Positions 25,000-38,031 of a DNA stretch of 64,000 nt are shown piece after piece. Position 1 is the stretch's first letter. The number at the start of each line of letters is the position of its first letter. The notes beneath the pieces are model-generated. The model was not told where the DNA came from and made no database searches. It saw only the letters and a list, made by a program, of their open reading frames with translations. The stretch is from Macrostomum lignano (Eukaryota). Location: NCBI GenBank assembly GCA_002269645.1, contig NIVC01003113.1, forward strand, positions 54,774 to 118,773, in the 5' to 3' direction. Made by a program: the position numbers and the translations under genes.

Positions 25000-25182
25000 C
25001 TACGAAGAATTTTGCCTGGCCGCTTCGGCCGCACTCAATCGTTCGGCTTTGTAAGCGGCAAGCTGTCTGTAACGCATCAGCTTAACAAAGAATACAAATC
25101 CGGTGCCGAATGAGACAAACACGACCACTGTGCCAACGAAACTCTTGCCTAGATGGTCCAACTGGCGAAACCGTTGCAGCAT
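25000..25182 (-). CDS. Small single-TM protein, possibly a COX14-like cytochrome c oxidase assembly factor
   Basis: 60-aa ATG ORF preceded by a pyrimidine tract and cag (25190). One hydrophobic segment. RQLDHLGKSF...VKLMRYRQ...AAE resembles, from memory, COX14 KQLADIGYKTF...VRVYHYFQ...AAEE. AATAAA at ~24865. The family call is tentative. Confidence 0.5.
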   Translation of the reverse strand: MLQRFRQLDHLGKSFVGTVVVFVSFGTGFVFFVKLMRYRQLAAYKAERLSAAEAARQNSS

Positions 25183-26291
25183 CTCAGGCGCTGGAATAGG
25201 GGAATCAAACTTTCGGCTTGAGAATATGATTTTAGTATATGTAGACTAGCACACGAGCCCTCTTTAGGGGCGTGCAGTTGAAAGCGCAAAAACGGCTTAA
25301 AAAACTACCATTCTGAGATTTAAGCACCCGGTACCCCAGAAGGGTAAGGATAACTTCCCTGTGGAGAGAATATGTCGGGCGCCGGTGGGCAAGTCTTTGC
25401 TTAATGCTAAGGGAAGGGGCTTAAATATTAGCAAAAGATGCTTTTTGCGAAGGTCAAGATTTTTTCGACTGTGAATGCATTGTGAGAATTGAATTGAACA
25501 AAAACTGATTGACTGAATTATGGTTCTGACAAAGATTGAATCACAACAGGCTTTTTATTAATCATCAGTTGACTGGCTGAATTGCAATTGCGACTTGAAT
25601 TAGAGGGTAACAGTGCTCATAAAGTTGATTGCTGAAATGCTTTGGCGCATGGAGGGGATTGCTGAGATGCCAAAGGATTCAGCCATGGCTTGAACTTCTT
25701 AGAGCGCTTTGATGCCAAAGAAGATTATCCACCTAAAGCTGACACAGACTTTACTAAGATAATATTGTACTGTATGAATAAAACATAATACTCAAACGTA
25801 GAATGCCTCAGTTTATAATAAAAAAGCGGCCTCTACCAATTGTTTATTTAACAATTCGACTGTTTTAAAATGACCTCAGATGATGCATCTAGAAAAATAA
25901 GTATAAAAATTGCTTAGCAGATTCAATGAATGATCAGGTTTGTCTTTAAACTCGTAGTTAACAGTACATATTGAATATATAAAGTATCAGAAAATATACA
26001 ATAAATGATCGAGGTGCATATTTAATTTACTTGTAGGTAATACCAATAGGAATAATTGAGAAAATTTCGGAATAATGAACGTATTATGCAAAACACCAAC
26101 ACTAAATGAAAATGAGTAGAGGTAATTAACAAATGGGAGGTCCTGTAAAAATAGATAAAAATTGACTATAAAAGATGAAGCAACTGTTTAGGAAAATAAC
26201 TTCATGTTAAAATATTGCACGACAATATAAATATCAAGCTTCACGAGGAATCCCTTCAAAATTTTGAAGGCCAAATATCTGTCTGGTCTGG

Positions 26292-28110
26292 GATCTGAGA
26301 TGCTAACAGCATGAATTTGAGATATGTGGAAGCTAACAGCATCAATTTGGGATCTGTGGAAGCTAACAGCATCAATTTGGGATCTGTGGAAGCTAACAGC
26401 ATGAATTTGGGATCTGTGGAAGCTAACAGCATCAATTTGAGATCTGGGAAGCTAACAGCATCAATTTGGGATCTGTGGAAGCTAACAGCATCAATTTGGG
26501 ATCTGTGGAAGCTAACAGCATCAATTTTGGATCTGTGGAAGCTAACAGCATCAATTTGGGATCTGTGGAAGCTAACAGCATCAATTTGAGATCTGGGAAG
26601 CTAACAGCATCAATTTGAGATCTGGGAAGCTAACAGCATCAATTTGGGATCTGTGGAAGCGAACAGCATGAATTTGGGATCTGTGGAAGCTAACAGCATC
26701 AATTTGGGATCTGTGGAAGCTAACAGCATCAATTTGGGATCTGTGGAAGCTAACAGCATCAATTTGGGATCTGTGGAAGCGAACAGCATGAATTTGGGAT
26801 CTGTGGAAGCTAACAGCATGAATTTGGGATCTGTGGAAGCTAACAGCATGAATTTGGGATCTGTGGAAGCTAACAGCATCAATTTGGGATCTGTGGAAGC
26901 TAACAGCATCAATTTGGGATCTGTGGAAGCTAACAGCATCAATTTGAGATCTGGGAAGCTAACAGCATCAATTTGAGATCTGGGAAGCTAACAGCATCAA
27001 TTTGGGATCTGTGGAAGCGAACAGCATGAATTTGGGATCTGTGGAAGCTAACAGCATCAATTTGAGATCTGGGAAGCTAACAGCATCAATTTGAGATCTG
27101 GGAAGCTAACAGCATGAATTTGGGATCTGTGGAAGCTAACAGCATCAATTTGGGATCTGTGGAAGCTAACAGCATCAATTTGAGATCTGGGAAGCTAACA
27201 GCATCAATTTGGGATCTGTGGAAGCGAACAGCATGAATTTGGGATCTGTGGAAGCTAACAGCATGAATTTGGGATCTGTGGAAGCTAACAGCATGAATTT
27301 GGGATCTGTGGAAGCTAACAGCATCAATTTGGGATCTGTGGAAGCTAACAGCATCAATTTGGGATCTGTGGAAGCTAACAGCATGAATTTGGGATCTGTG
27401 GAAGCTAACAGCATGAATTTGGGATCTGTGAAAGCTAACAGCATGAATTTGGGATCTGTGGAAGCTAACAGCATCAATTTGGGATCTGTGGAAGCTAACA
27501 GCATCAATTTGGGATCTGTGGAAGCTAACAGCATGAATTTGGGATCTGTGGAAGCTAACAGCATGAATTTGGGATCTGTGAAAGCTAACAGCATGAATTT
27601 GGGATCTGTGGAAGCTAACAGCATCAATTTGGGATCTGTGAAAGCTAACAGCATCAATTTGGGATATGTGAAAGCTAACAGCATCAATTTGGGATCTGTG
27701 AAAGCTAACAGCATCAATTTGGGATCTGTGAAAGCTAACAGCATCAATTTGGGATCTGTGGAAGCTAACAGCATGAATTTGGGATCTGTGGAAGCTAACA
27801 GCATCAATTTGGGATCTGTGGAAGCTAACAGCATGAATTTGGGATCTGTGGAAGCTAACAGCATCAATTTGGGATCTGTGAAAGCTAACAGCATCAATTT
27901 GGGATCTGTGGAAGCTAACAGCATGAATTTGGGATCTGTGGAAGCTAACAGCATCAATTTGGGATCTGTGAAAGCTAACAGCATCAATTTGGGATCTGTG
28001 GAAGCTAACAGCATGAATTTGGGATCTGTGGAAGCTAACAGCATGAATTTGGGATCTGTGGAAGCTAACAGCATGAATTTGGGATCTGGGAAGCGAACAA
28101 GGTGAATACG
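26292..28110. repeat. 29/30-bp minisatellite (GGGATCTGTGGAAGCTAACAGCATCAATTT)n
   Basis: About 60 units with 29-bp variants, degenerating towards the PTS 3' end. Confidence 0.98.
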
Positions 28111-28262
28111 GGATCAATGAAGCTAACAGGGTAAATATGGGATCAGGGGGAGCTAACGGTGTAAATTGCAGATCTGGAAGGGAAGCAGCGTAAAATTAGG
28201 TCGAGACTAAAACACTACTGTAGCAAAATAATCACAATTCCTGGGCAAAGCAACATATAAAA

Positions 28263-28697
28263 TCAGGCCCTCTGGCCCTTATAGACGAAGGCATTCTTAG
28301 GCGTTTCCCACACGCACACCTTGTGCAGGAGACCGTCTGGCAGGTGAGGCTTCAAGCAATCCCAAGCGAACACCGCTAGCATTTCAGTTGTGCTGACGTG
28401 GCCTTCATTAGCAAAATAGGCCACGTCTTTGTCCAGACAGCGATGATCCACTTGGCTAAGCAGTTTCTCATCAATAATCTGATTTAAATTGGCGATATTC
28501 ATTACCATACCGGTGCTTGGATCTACTGGACCGCGGATACTCACCTCAACTGTATAGTTGTGCCCGTGACCATTGGGCCAGTTGCACTTGCCAAATAAGC
28601 TGGCATTCTCTTCAGCTGATAAATGAATCGAGTGCAACCTGTGGGCCGCTGAGAATGATGCCACTCGGGTCACCGTGACCACTGGCCTGCCGTTAGC
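28263..28697 (-). CDS. PTS: 6-pyruvoyl-tetrahydropterin synthase, intronless
   Basis: FSAAHRLHS, FGKCNWPNGHGHNY, GMVMN, VDHRCLD, STTE, VWETPKN..VYKG. The track's start is TTG; the conserved part begins right after ttgcag at 28697 with no ATG. Confidence 0.95.
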   Translation of the reverse strand, partial: ANGRPVVTVTRVASFSAAHRLHSIHLSAEENASLFGKCNWPNGHGHNYTVEVSIRGPVDPSTGMVMNIANLNQIIDEKLLSQVDHRCLDKDVAYFANEGHVSTTEMLAVFAWDCLKPHLPDGLLHKVCVWETPKNAFVYKGQRA

Positions 28698-31600
28698 CTG
28701 CAATTTTTGTCAGTTTCTAAGAATAACACAAATGTAGATCATTGTTAATTTTGTATATGTACCTTGTTGCTTAATGCAAAAACGTTTAATCTTTTATTGA
28801 AGTATGCTTATGTATGTTGCCATTTTACAGTGTGTAATAATTTTTTTAAATAGTGCATATATTGCATCTGCTGTTCTTTAACTATATATAATACATCTAC
28901 TACATATGATAGGCCTCCAGTTTTTATAACAATTTCTTAGAAAAAGTTGCATTTCAAAAATGTTACTGTTGTTATACTACGCGAATATTAAAAATATTTC
29001 TTATATGCAAAATATTCTGAATGTTCTATGTATTAATACTTTGTTTTAAATAATAGGAAAAATTTTACTATAAAAAGGAGTCAGCTGGGAGCCGAAATAA
29101 ATAACCTTTTCTTGTTTGTTGGTCTTGTACCATTGCTTCGAACATTGATCAAGTTTCAAATCAGCCTTGGGCTTGTGATCACTCGCATTACTTATTTCGA
29201 GTAGTAGATAGTGACATAGGAGTTGCCCCAAGATTGGGAGTTCAGTCCGTTCTCAGAGAATGAGACATCCAGATCTAGAATCTGAGAAATCGCCTTTAGA
29301 AGGCAGGAATCCTACCACAGGGTAGAGAAATCCAGGCTTAGAACCTAAGAAACGAGCAGGGCAGAGTACCCAGCAAAGTGCGCTGTGACCCTCTGATCCC
29401 GGGAATGCCCAGGACTGAGAATAATATATTTAGAGGAGTATAGGGATAGGATAGATGGTGCCTAAAGACCACTCAGACCAGAAAGTACAATAGAAGTACA
29501 GATGCTACCAATAAAAATGCATATGCTATCAATAAAAATACATACACTACCAATAGAAGTACATGCGCTACTAGTAAAAGGCAAGTAAAAACCAGTAAGA
29601 CTAATAAGAAGAAATAACCCTGTAACAACTTTGGTGGCAGCTTTAGGACATTCAATAATAAGAATTAGAAAAGTAGCCCTACAACATACATATGACACTA
29701 AAATTTTTCAAGTTGAACATATCTTGTTGCCTATTAGGTATATTTCCTATTTATTGCAATTCAATACACAAAAGTATTTAAGCTTATTTGAACTAATCTA
29801 GCCATAAATAATGGTTTTATTGATAATTTTTTTTTACCTTTTGAGAGAACTTAACAATAATGAAATGGCAAAATTAAGTTGAATTTTCTGTCACAAATAA
29901 ATCATTTATTTCAAGCATAAGGATTAGACCTATAAGAATTTGTTCCAATGATGTTTTATAGATGTTTAAAAGAAATTTAATATTAAAAATCATTATATTA
30001 AAATGAATTGCTTAACATTCAGTACTAGGTACTTTTTAATCAATGATATTTATTTACTTTAGTTACATATTTTATATTAAATAAGAAAAAGTTAATAATA
30101 TTGAGACAATTTATGACTACTTTCTGATTGGAGCAAAAATACAAGATTATTGATTGAAGTTATGTCCCATGTAGCCTGCCTTATATCTGAAGTATTTTGA
30201 ATCAGGAAGATAACCTAATACTTATAGCACCTAATATCTAGTACTTAAATTAAGGTAGAAAATTAAACACACACTCAATTGCCTTTGTAAGATTATATTT
30301 CCATTTATTTTATAGAGTATCAATACCAAATCACTACTGAAAGCACTACTAATGAACTTTTTCACATTAATAAAGGATATAATTTGCTAGTGTTTTATTG
30401 TACTTTATTATGTATAATTTATAAGTTTTTAAATCTATAATACAGTTTACCAAAGTATCTTTGTTTTATTTTGTATCAATTTTTTATATTTTTTTTATTT
30501 ATAACTATGGCTTTACCTCAACTCCTAAATTTTACATATATGCCAGAAAATTCCAGCATATAATAGAAGTGAAAATTTGTTGCCATAAAATCTAGCATAA
30601 AACAATCCATCCTTGCTAGAAAATTGCTTCACAGAGCTAGTGTATGGCTTAGCAATTGGCATACAAAAGATGAAATGTAATGTAAGAAAGGGTCCTTTAT
30701 TGTTGCAACAAAAAAGATCAATTATTGCTAGGGGCCTATAAAGTATTTTAAATAATGTCTAGTATATATTATGAGTAAATTTGTTTTTCTCATAGAAACT
30801 TGAATTATGGCATAGGGGTCACTTTTTCTGGTATACCATATAACAGAGTTGAGAGGTGGTGGCTTAGCTGCAGCTGCAGGGCTGTCCTGGAGGGGACACA
30901 GTGGGAAAGCATGGGCGCCCATTCCGCTAGACCCTATTGGAATAAGTGGTATTTTCGCGGACGGCGTCCGGCGCACTTTTTCTTTTTCCTCATAGTCATG
31001 GCGCATGGCGCGCTACGCGCGCCATGCGCCATGACGCACAGCAGCTCACAGGTAAGATGCAAGGAGGACATCACGCGCTACATACAGCGCTGCTGAACAA
31101 GGATGAGAAGCATGCACAGGAGAAAGTCAGCAGCACGGTGGAAATTCAGCAAACTGTAAGTAAAACTTGTAAACTTGTAAACGCGCACTGGCGCACAGTG
31201 GCGCACAACGGCGCATACCAGAGGACACCGGCGCATGGCGGCGCTGCGCGGCGGGCGCCGCGCCACATGCAGCGTTACCCTTGTGGCGATCCCATGTAAC
31301 GATGTAAGTCGTTACTTGTTACAGTACACTATTCACTGTTCTATCTAATGTAACACTGCATTCTACCAAAAAATAAAAAATAAAATAAAATATTTTCCTT
31401 TTCCTTTTTACCTTTGTTTTTGCCATTTGCTTACTTTTTATGTTTGTTTTGTTTTAAAAATTAGAAATTTAATTAAAAATTTTTTAAATTTCTATTTTCG
31501 GTTTAACGATCTCAATTTCTCATAATATAATATAGATAGCCCGTAACCGTCCCGTATATTGGCGCACAAAAATTGTTGCTATGTTGTAAAAAAAGGTCTT

Positions 31601-34600
31601 TTATTGTCGCAAGGCAGGTAGTGGCGGGCGCACAACGGCGCACACGAGGGTTTTTGTGTCGGCGCACGGCGCACAATTTTGGGAGAGGCCAAAATTTGTT
31701 CCGGCGCACACTCTGCCACCTTCCTGACTATGGCGTCCATACCACCTTAGGATTTGAAGATTGTCATGACGCACCGTCCAGGCCACTTTATGATTGCCAT
31801 GGCGCACTAGATGCACTGTCCACAGTGTCTGAAAACTTATTCCAATAGGGCCGCTAGAGAGAGGTGGTGGCTATCGAAGTTTACAAAATATGACTGCAAC
31901 CATATTTTTATAGTCATAGCTATAAGAGCAGTTATCTATCATAAGGATATCTATAGGGGGATGTCAGACCAAGGATAATATATAACAACTAGATTGTCAA
32001 ACTAGATTGTTGAATATGCCTAAAATGTGACTTGCAAAACCCCTGCTTTTAGCTCACTTGCTATACTGACTTATATAAAAACATTGCCTAGTAGTTAGAA
32101 AGCTAGCTAGGAACAAGGTAGCTTGTGGGCCATGGTGAATAAAGAGGTAAATATAGGAGTTTGTTTTCAAGGTTGTTATATGTCTTCCTAGTATATTTGA
32201 AACCCTCCAGCCAATGAGTAGGGGGTCCAGTGAGATTAACTTTTAAATTTTTTTATTTTATACTATGTAGTATGATAGACCTTGTTTATATGAGTAAAAA
32301 GATATATCCACCACAGTCCAGAAGAGGGGTGGTATGCCGGATTAATCCAGCATACACTCACGACTTTTGGCATACACTTGGCATATAATTTTTTACTTTT
32401 TGAAATCTGGCATACTATTTGGTGTAAAAATATATATTCAAAAAGTGGCGTACATGTTCCTGCAGTTGCAGAATCAAATCAAAAAGTCTAAGAAAATAGT
32501 GTGCATGCAGTTAATAAAATCACATAGAAGAGTTTGTGAAAAGTGAATAAAGAATATAAAACAAGTTTCTTTTCAAGCAATTTCAAACTTTCTAGGTTTT
32601 TAGAGCTTGTAATAGAAAATTTAAACAAATTTTTACATGTTTTAAGTTTCCACTATAAATAATATCAGCAAAAAAGCAAAAGTATTAACCAAATTGTTAG
32701 GAAAAAAAGGTTACTTTACAATTACATAATTAAAAAAATAATTCATTGTTGCAACATAAAACAGGTCATTTATTGTTGCAACACTGGCGTAGATTTAAAA
32801 GTGGGCCTGCACTCAAAATTTGGCATACACTGGCATATCAAAAAAATTGTGAGAGATTTTAGTCCAGCATATAATATTCAGGGTGTTCCAAACTATGGCA
32901 TATCCATAGATCCGCACTTCATAGAGTTGTCTTTTTACTCTAATTAACCTAACATATAATTTAGCATACAATGTAAAAATAATTTTAATCTACAATCAGT
33001 ATATAACAATTAATACTTTTAACTGAAAAAATTATAGTTTACAGTTTATACAATGCAATGTAAAAAAACAAAAATTAATTCTTATCTTAAAATATCCTTT
33101 TATTCTGGCATTCTAGTATAAACACTTGCCACCTTTTTGTCTAATAAGGCCTATTTTTAGTATGCAGTAATTTTGTCAAAATCAACTTGCCACAATCTGC
33201 AATATAGCATAGGGTAGGCCTAGGGGCACGGCCTAAGTCTATTTGCAACTCAAGACAATATATACATAGAAAAATTAAATGACTAAGACTAGGGCCTATG
33301 AGTCTAAGACTATACCTAGAATCAAGATAACTTTATACCATGAATGTCAAACACAGAACAGTCATGACAGTTGACAGTTGGGCACCTAGAGGCAAAGGCA
33401 AACTGGACTGGGGTTGGCCTATCAAAAAGCATGGCCCACCAAAATCAAAGTGATGGACACGTCATAAGCCTACCGGACTTGCTATTAAAGAAATAGTTGT
33501 ACTTAAAATATAATAGACCTAAATATTAGTCATAGAGTCCCAGAAACTTCACATTAAATAAGGGTGGATGGTGGAAATTGTGTAAAGTCGTGTAGACTCG
33601 ACAGGTCGAATCGAATCAAGTGATTTAGGTCGGAGGTTGAGAAAATTATAAGGTTTAATAATCTCACTAGCAGGTTTAAAGGAATAGGACTCTCATGAAT
33701 ATATTATGCAGTAGTAATTTCTTAACAAACACTAAAGAGGTAAAAAAGAAAAAGTCAGATGGCTCATTCCATATAAGCATGGTCGTAACATGACAGGTTA
33801 TTTTTACTTATAAAATGAAATCTAATAATAGAATATACTAAACCAATATTTTAAATGAAAGATTATTTTGTCTAGAATATATTTATCTAGAGTTTCATAT
33901 AGATATCATCATTAGTATAGATGCTATTAAACCTTAAATGACACTTATGGTCGTAACGACAAGATTTTTGACATATAGAAACTAAAAGGTAAAAGTCTTA
34001 TAACATTTTTCATTTTTGATATTTTGCAATACATTTTTAAAATTTGACTAAGAACATCTTTAGAAATCATACTCTTTTATTAGAATATATAAACTCAAAA
34101 GGCAACAAAGATACAAAAGAAAAGGCAGCCTTATGGTCGTAACATTATGGTCGTAACATATTTTTTTCTGTCAATTCAGTAACTTTGAGGTACTAATACA
34201 TTAAAAATATAATAGATTATTTGGTCACCAATGCTTTTATCTGATGATGCAAATACTATACTTTTATCTATAGTTTGTTTCAACCTTCAAAAGCTTTCTA
34301 TTTGTTTTTAAAAGGTACAAAATCTTAATGATGTATTTTGCTTCAAAAAATGTCCAAATTTTTACAAAAATGACTTTTTGCCAATTGATAACATACTAAT
34401 CCAACATTTTACCATTCCTTTATTCTTAGATTGTATATATTGCACAATATAAACATTTGGTAAAAAAATAGGCTAATTAGGCAATGGCAAGCAAAAATAT
34501 TGACTTTTTTCTATTTTCCAAATATGTCCATCTTATATGGAATGAGCCAGATACAGACAGGCTGACCTCTGGTCGAGTCTGTTGGCAAATACAAAACTAC

Positions 34601-35099
34601 TGATACATTTTAGATCGTTTGAAAATTAAAAATCTGTGACTCATTTTGCCGTAACACTGAAAAATAAAGGTAATAATATTAATTAAACTCAATATTGGTA
34701 ATCCTCAAAGACCAAAGAAACGGTTACTATTTCTTAACGAGTAAAATTGTTATGTTAAACATAATTGTGCCCTCGTGACATTATCGTTTCGAAAAAATTA
34801 AAACCATTGCAGGTTAGTGTTCACCGCTCGATAAACCTAGCAATGAACAGATATCTGAGTGGTATTTGCAGAACTCCCGTCTGCAAGCCAAAGAACCGGC
34901 ATCTAGAATTATGTAGTACAAAAGGACATGGCACATTGATTATATACATGTAGCTGCACAAGCAAGAGAATTTTAAAATTGCATTATTTTAAAATTGTTT
35001 AAAACGCGTACATTCTTGGAAGTAACTTTTCTTAGAAACTATCGTTGTAAAAGTAATTAAAATTAAGTACGTAATGTATGAGACGGGTGGTACGTAGTT

Positions 35100-35960
35100 G
35101 TCGCACCTGCTGGCGGAGTAGGTGACGTCCTTCGATCCATGTCTGACCAATTCACGGCCATGAGTCGCCGTTTGAGTTGCCGGAGTTGCCCGGCCAGAAT
35201 TTAAAGACAAAGAAGGGCCCGAGCTGGTGTTCCACATCGTTCCCGGCAGCAGAGTGGTGAGGGGCGCGGACCTTCTGATTTTGTCACTCTGTTACGATCG
35301 AGCTGGGCCGAAATTGGGGCAAGGCTGGCAGCATGTACTAGCGTTGCGTCATGCGTTGTCGCGGCCACACATTCCGGTGGTACTGCCACACAGTCGCCAG
35401 GCGCAGTTTTCGCACTGTCATGGCAAGCGGCACACTTACGAGCTGGATGTCGACCGGGCACTGCGGCGGCACGTACAAAATAAGACAAAAGGGTCGCTAT
35501 GGCGGATGCCTTTCACACCGGCTTCTGCCATATAGCGCAGCGAGAGTTTGATCGCCGAGGCGGCAAACTTTCGTGTTTTGTGTGTGCTGCAGACAAAAAA
35601 GGGCGGCTAAAAAACACCCAATCGAGCTTGAAATTGAAGTGGGTGCCAGGCATCTCGCGGCGGCATCTGCTGTTCGCAGACGCCGACCAACTGTCAGTGC
35701 TGCGAAGCGCAAGGCGCTGCTTTCTCGATGGCACCGTGAAGTCACCATTCACCCAGTTCTACAGCGTCCACGCACATGTACAGCATTGTGCTTCATGATA
35801 ATGTCCGGAAGGTTCAAGCAGGACTACATGTACGAAGCAGTCTTCGGGCACCTTCTACGCCACTGGAGCCTCAGTAATTTTAGCTTGAAACAAATACCGG
35901 TTGACGAATGTCCGTTTACCTGCACAAGCGTACTGTTAAATAAAAGCACTTAATTTATTA
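35100..35960 (+). mobile_element. FLYWCH/MULE transposase relic
   Basis: HLLFADADQLSVLRSARRCFLDGTVKSPFTQFYSVHAHV (MULE DGTFK...PF.QLYSIHA pattern), preceded by an H-x-H region (SHCH). Frameshifted. Confidence 0.7.
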
Positions 35961-36712
35961 CTTGCAATCAGAAATAAGATCGCGTACATGGATCTATCTA
36001 GGTTGTATATTTACTATACAATGGCGATTTTATTGTGGAGGAAAAGATCAAGAACTTATAATTAAACGAAGATTTCCTACAATGTACTTTAACAATCAGC
36101 GTTGTTAGTACCGATTCCGGTGCCGCAGACCAGACTACGTACAGCGTATGCAGCCTACATGTACATGCGAGGGCAGTCACGCACTCGGCATTTCGTAAAC
36201 TGCCTGCTGACCACACGGCCATGTACATGTGCGTTCCTGCCCAAACTTGAGCGAAATCTTGTGCCGATTCTATAAGAAACTTATTTTTACAGCGCACTTT
36301 GGTGTTCATGTTGCTTTGTTGCCTTTTTGTTGCTTGTGCTAAAGAAGCGGTCGTTTCAAAGCGGCACTATTTTTTTACTCGTATTTCGTCAACTACATGT
36401 ATAATTGTGCGCTAGGTTAAACGACGACCTTATATCACAGCTAGGAAATGACTGTACTTTTATATTCTCACGCTCTCGCAAAATCATCCTTGCTACTTAT
36501 TAAGTACATGTGCAGCACATGTATTTAACAATAATACTATAATACTTGGTGTCTTTGAACACTCAACATCTAGCCTGTTATAGTTTTTTTTAAGTTCTTG
36601 TTTTAATTAAATTATTCCATTTCGAAGAGGTTCAAAAAGGGAAAATATTAATCATGTACTGGTACATGTCCGTGTTGTGTATGGGCGCGTAGTCAAAGCG
36701 CGTAGTCCATTT

Positions 36713-36880
36713 TTTATTAGAGGCAGAGGCTGTGTGCACTTTGGCACAATTTAAGTGACCACTGTAAGCGACATTGTCGCACAACCGGCGAGAGGCATTG
36801 CTGCCCATTCCGCCGACTCCCCTTAGCAGGCACACAAGAGCGCGGATACGTACGCAGTCATACGCAGAGTGTACAGTGGC
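36713..36880 (-). mobile_element. 3' half of the same tRNA-derived SINE family
   Basis: Reverse complement matches the 3' parts of 46949-47305 and 60938-61294 (ggcggaatgggcag...gacaatgtcgctta...gtgcacacagcc). Confidence 0.8.
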
Positions 36881-37034
36881 TCTAACTTTTATTTATCGTT
36901 AGGCATGTACACTTCACTGTGCCATGGAAAGTTGGCCCTCAAGGGCGTTAATTGCACATTGCACATGCAGGGCTATACGGTCTCGCACGTGCCGATAGGT
37001 TGTCAAAAGTCTGAATTTGCACAAGGAATTTTTC

Positions 37035-37925
37035 AAATGTCACTGGCACTCAAATGTCACTATGGCAGTCAAATGTCACTATGGCAGTCAAATGTCACTA
37101 TGGCAGTCAAATGTCACTATGGCAGTCAAATGTCACTATGGCACTCAAATGTCACTATGGCAGTCAAATGTCACTATGGCACTCAAATGTCACTATGGCA
37201 CTCAAATGTCACTATGGCAGTCAAATGTCACTATGGCACTCAAATGTCACTATGGCACTCAAATGTCACTATGGCACTCAAATGTCACTATGGCAGTCAA
37301 ATGTCACTATGGCACTCAAATGTCACTATGGCACTCAAATGTCACTATGGCAGTCAAATGTCACTATGGCAGTCAAATGTCACTATGGCAGTCAAATGTC
37401 ACTATGGCAGTCAAATGTCACTATGGCAGTCAAATGTCACTATGGCAGTCAAATGTCACTATGGCAGTCAAATGTCACTATGGCACTCAAATGCCACTAT
37501 GACAGTCAAATGTCACTATGGCAGTCAAATGTCACTATATGGCAGTCAGATGTCACTATGGCAGTCAGATGTCACTATGGCAGTCAGATGTCACTATGGC
37601 AGTCAGATGTCACTATGGCAGTCAAATGTCACTATATGGCAGTCAAATGTCACTATGGCAGTCAAATGTCACTATGGCAGTCAAATGTCACTATGGCAGT
37701 CAAATGTCACTATGGCAGTCAAATGTCACTATGGCACTCAAATGTCACTATGACAGTCAAATGTCACTATGGCAGTCAAATGTCACTATATGGCAGTCAG
37801 ATGTCACTATGGCAGTCAGATGTCACTATGGCAGTCAGATGTCACTATGGCAGTCAGATGTCACTATGGCAGTCAAATGTCACTATATGGCAGTCAAATG
37901 TCACTATGGCAGTCAGATGTCACCG
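37035..37925. repeat. 19-bp minisatellite (CACTATGGCAGTCAAATGT)n
   Basis: Directly visible; lies just 3' of the desulfurase-like gene. Confidence 0.97.
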
Positions 37926-38031
37926 GCCAGTCTAATTGTGACAGTCAATTTGAAATGTTAATCCAATTCATGCACATCAGCAGCAATCCGGTTAGCTTAT
38001 TGAAGCATGTTCGCCATAGACAAAAGTTTTC

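Noticed and set aside
26311-28117. Repetitive ORFs (LGSVEANSIN, MLLASTDPK) and CRISPR-like periodicity
   Set aside because: Head-to-tail tandem units with no unique spacers and no cas genes; eukaryotic context.
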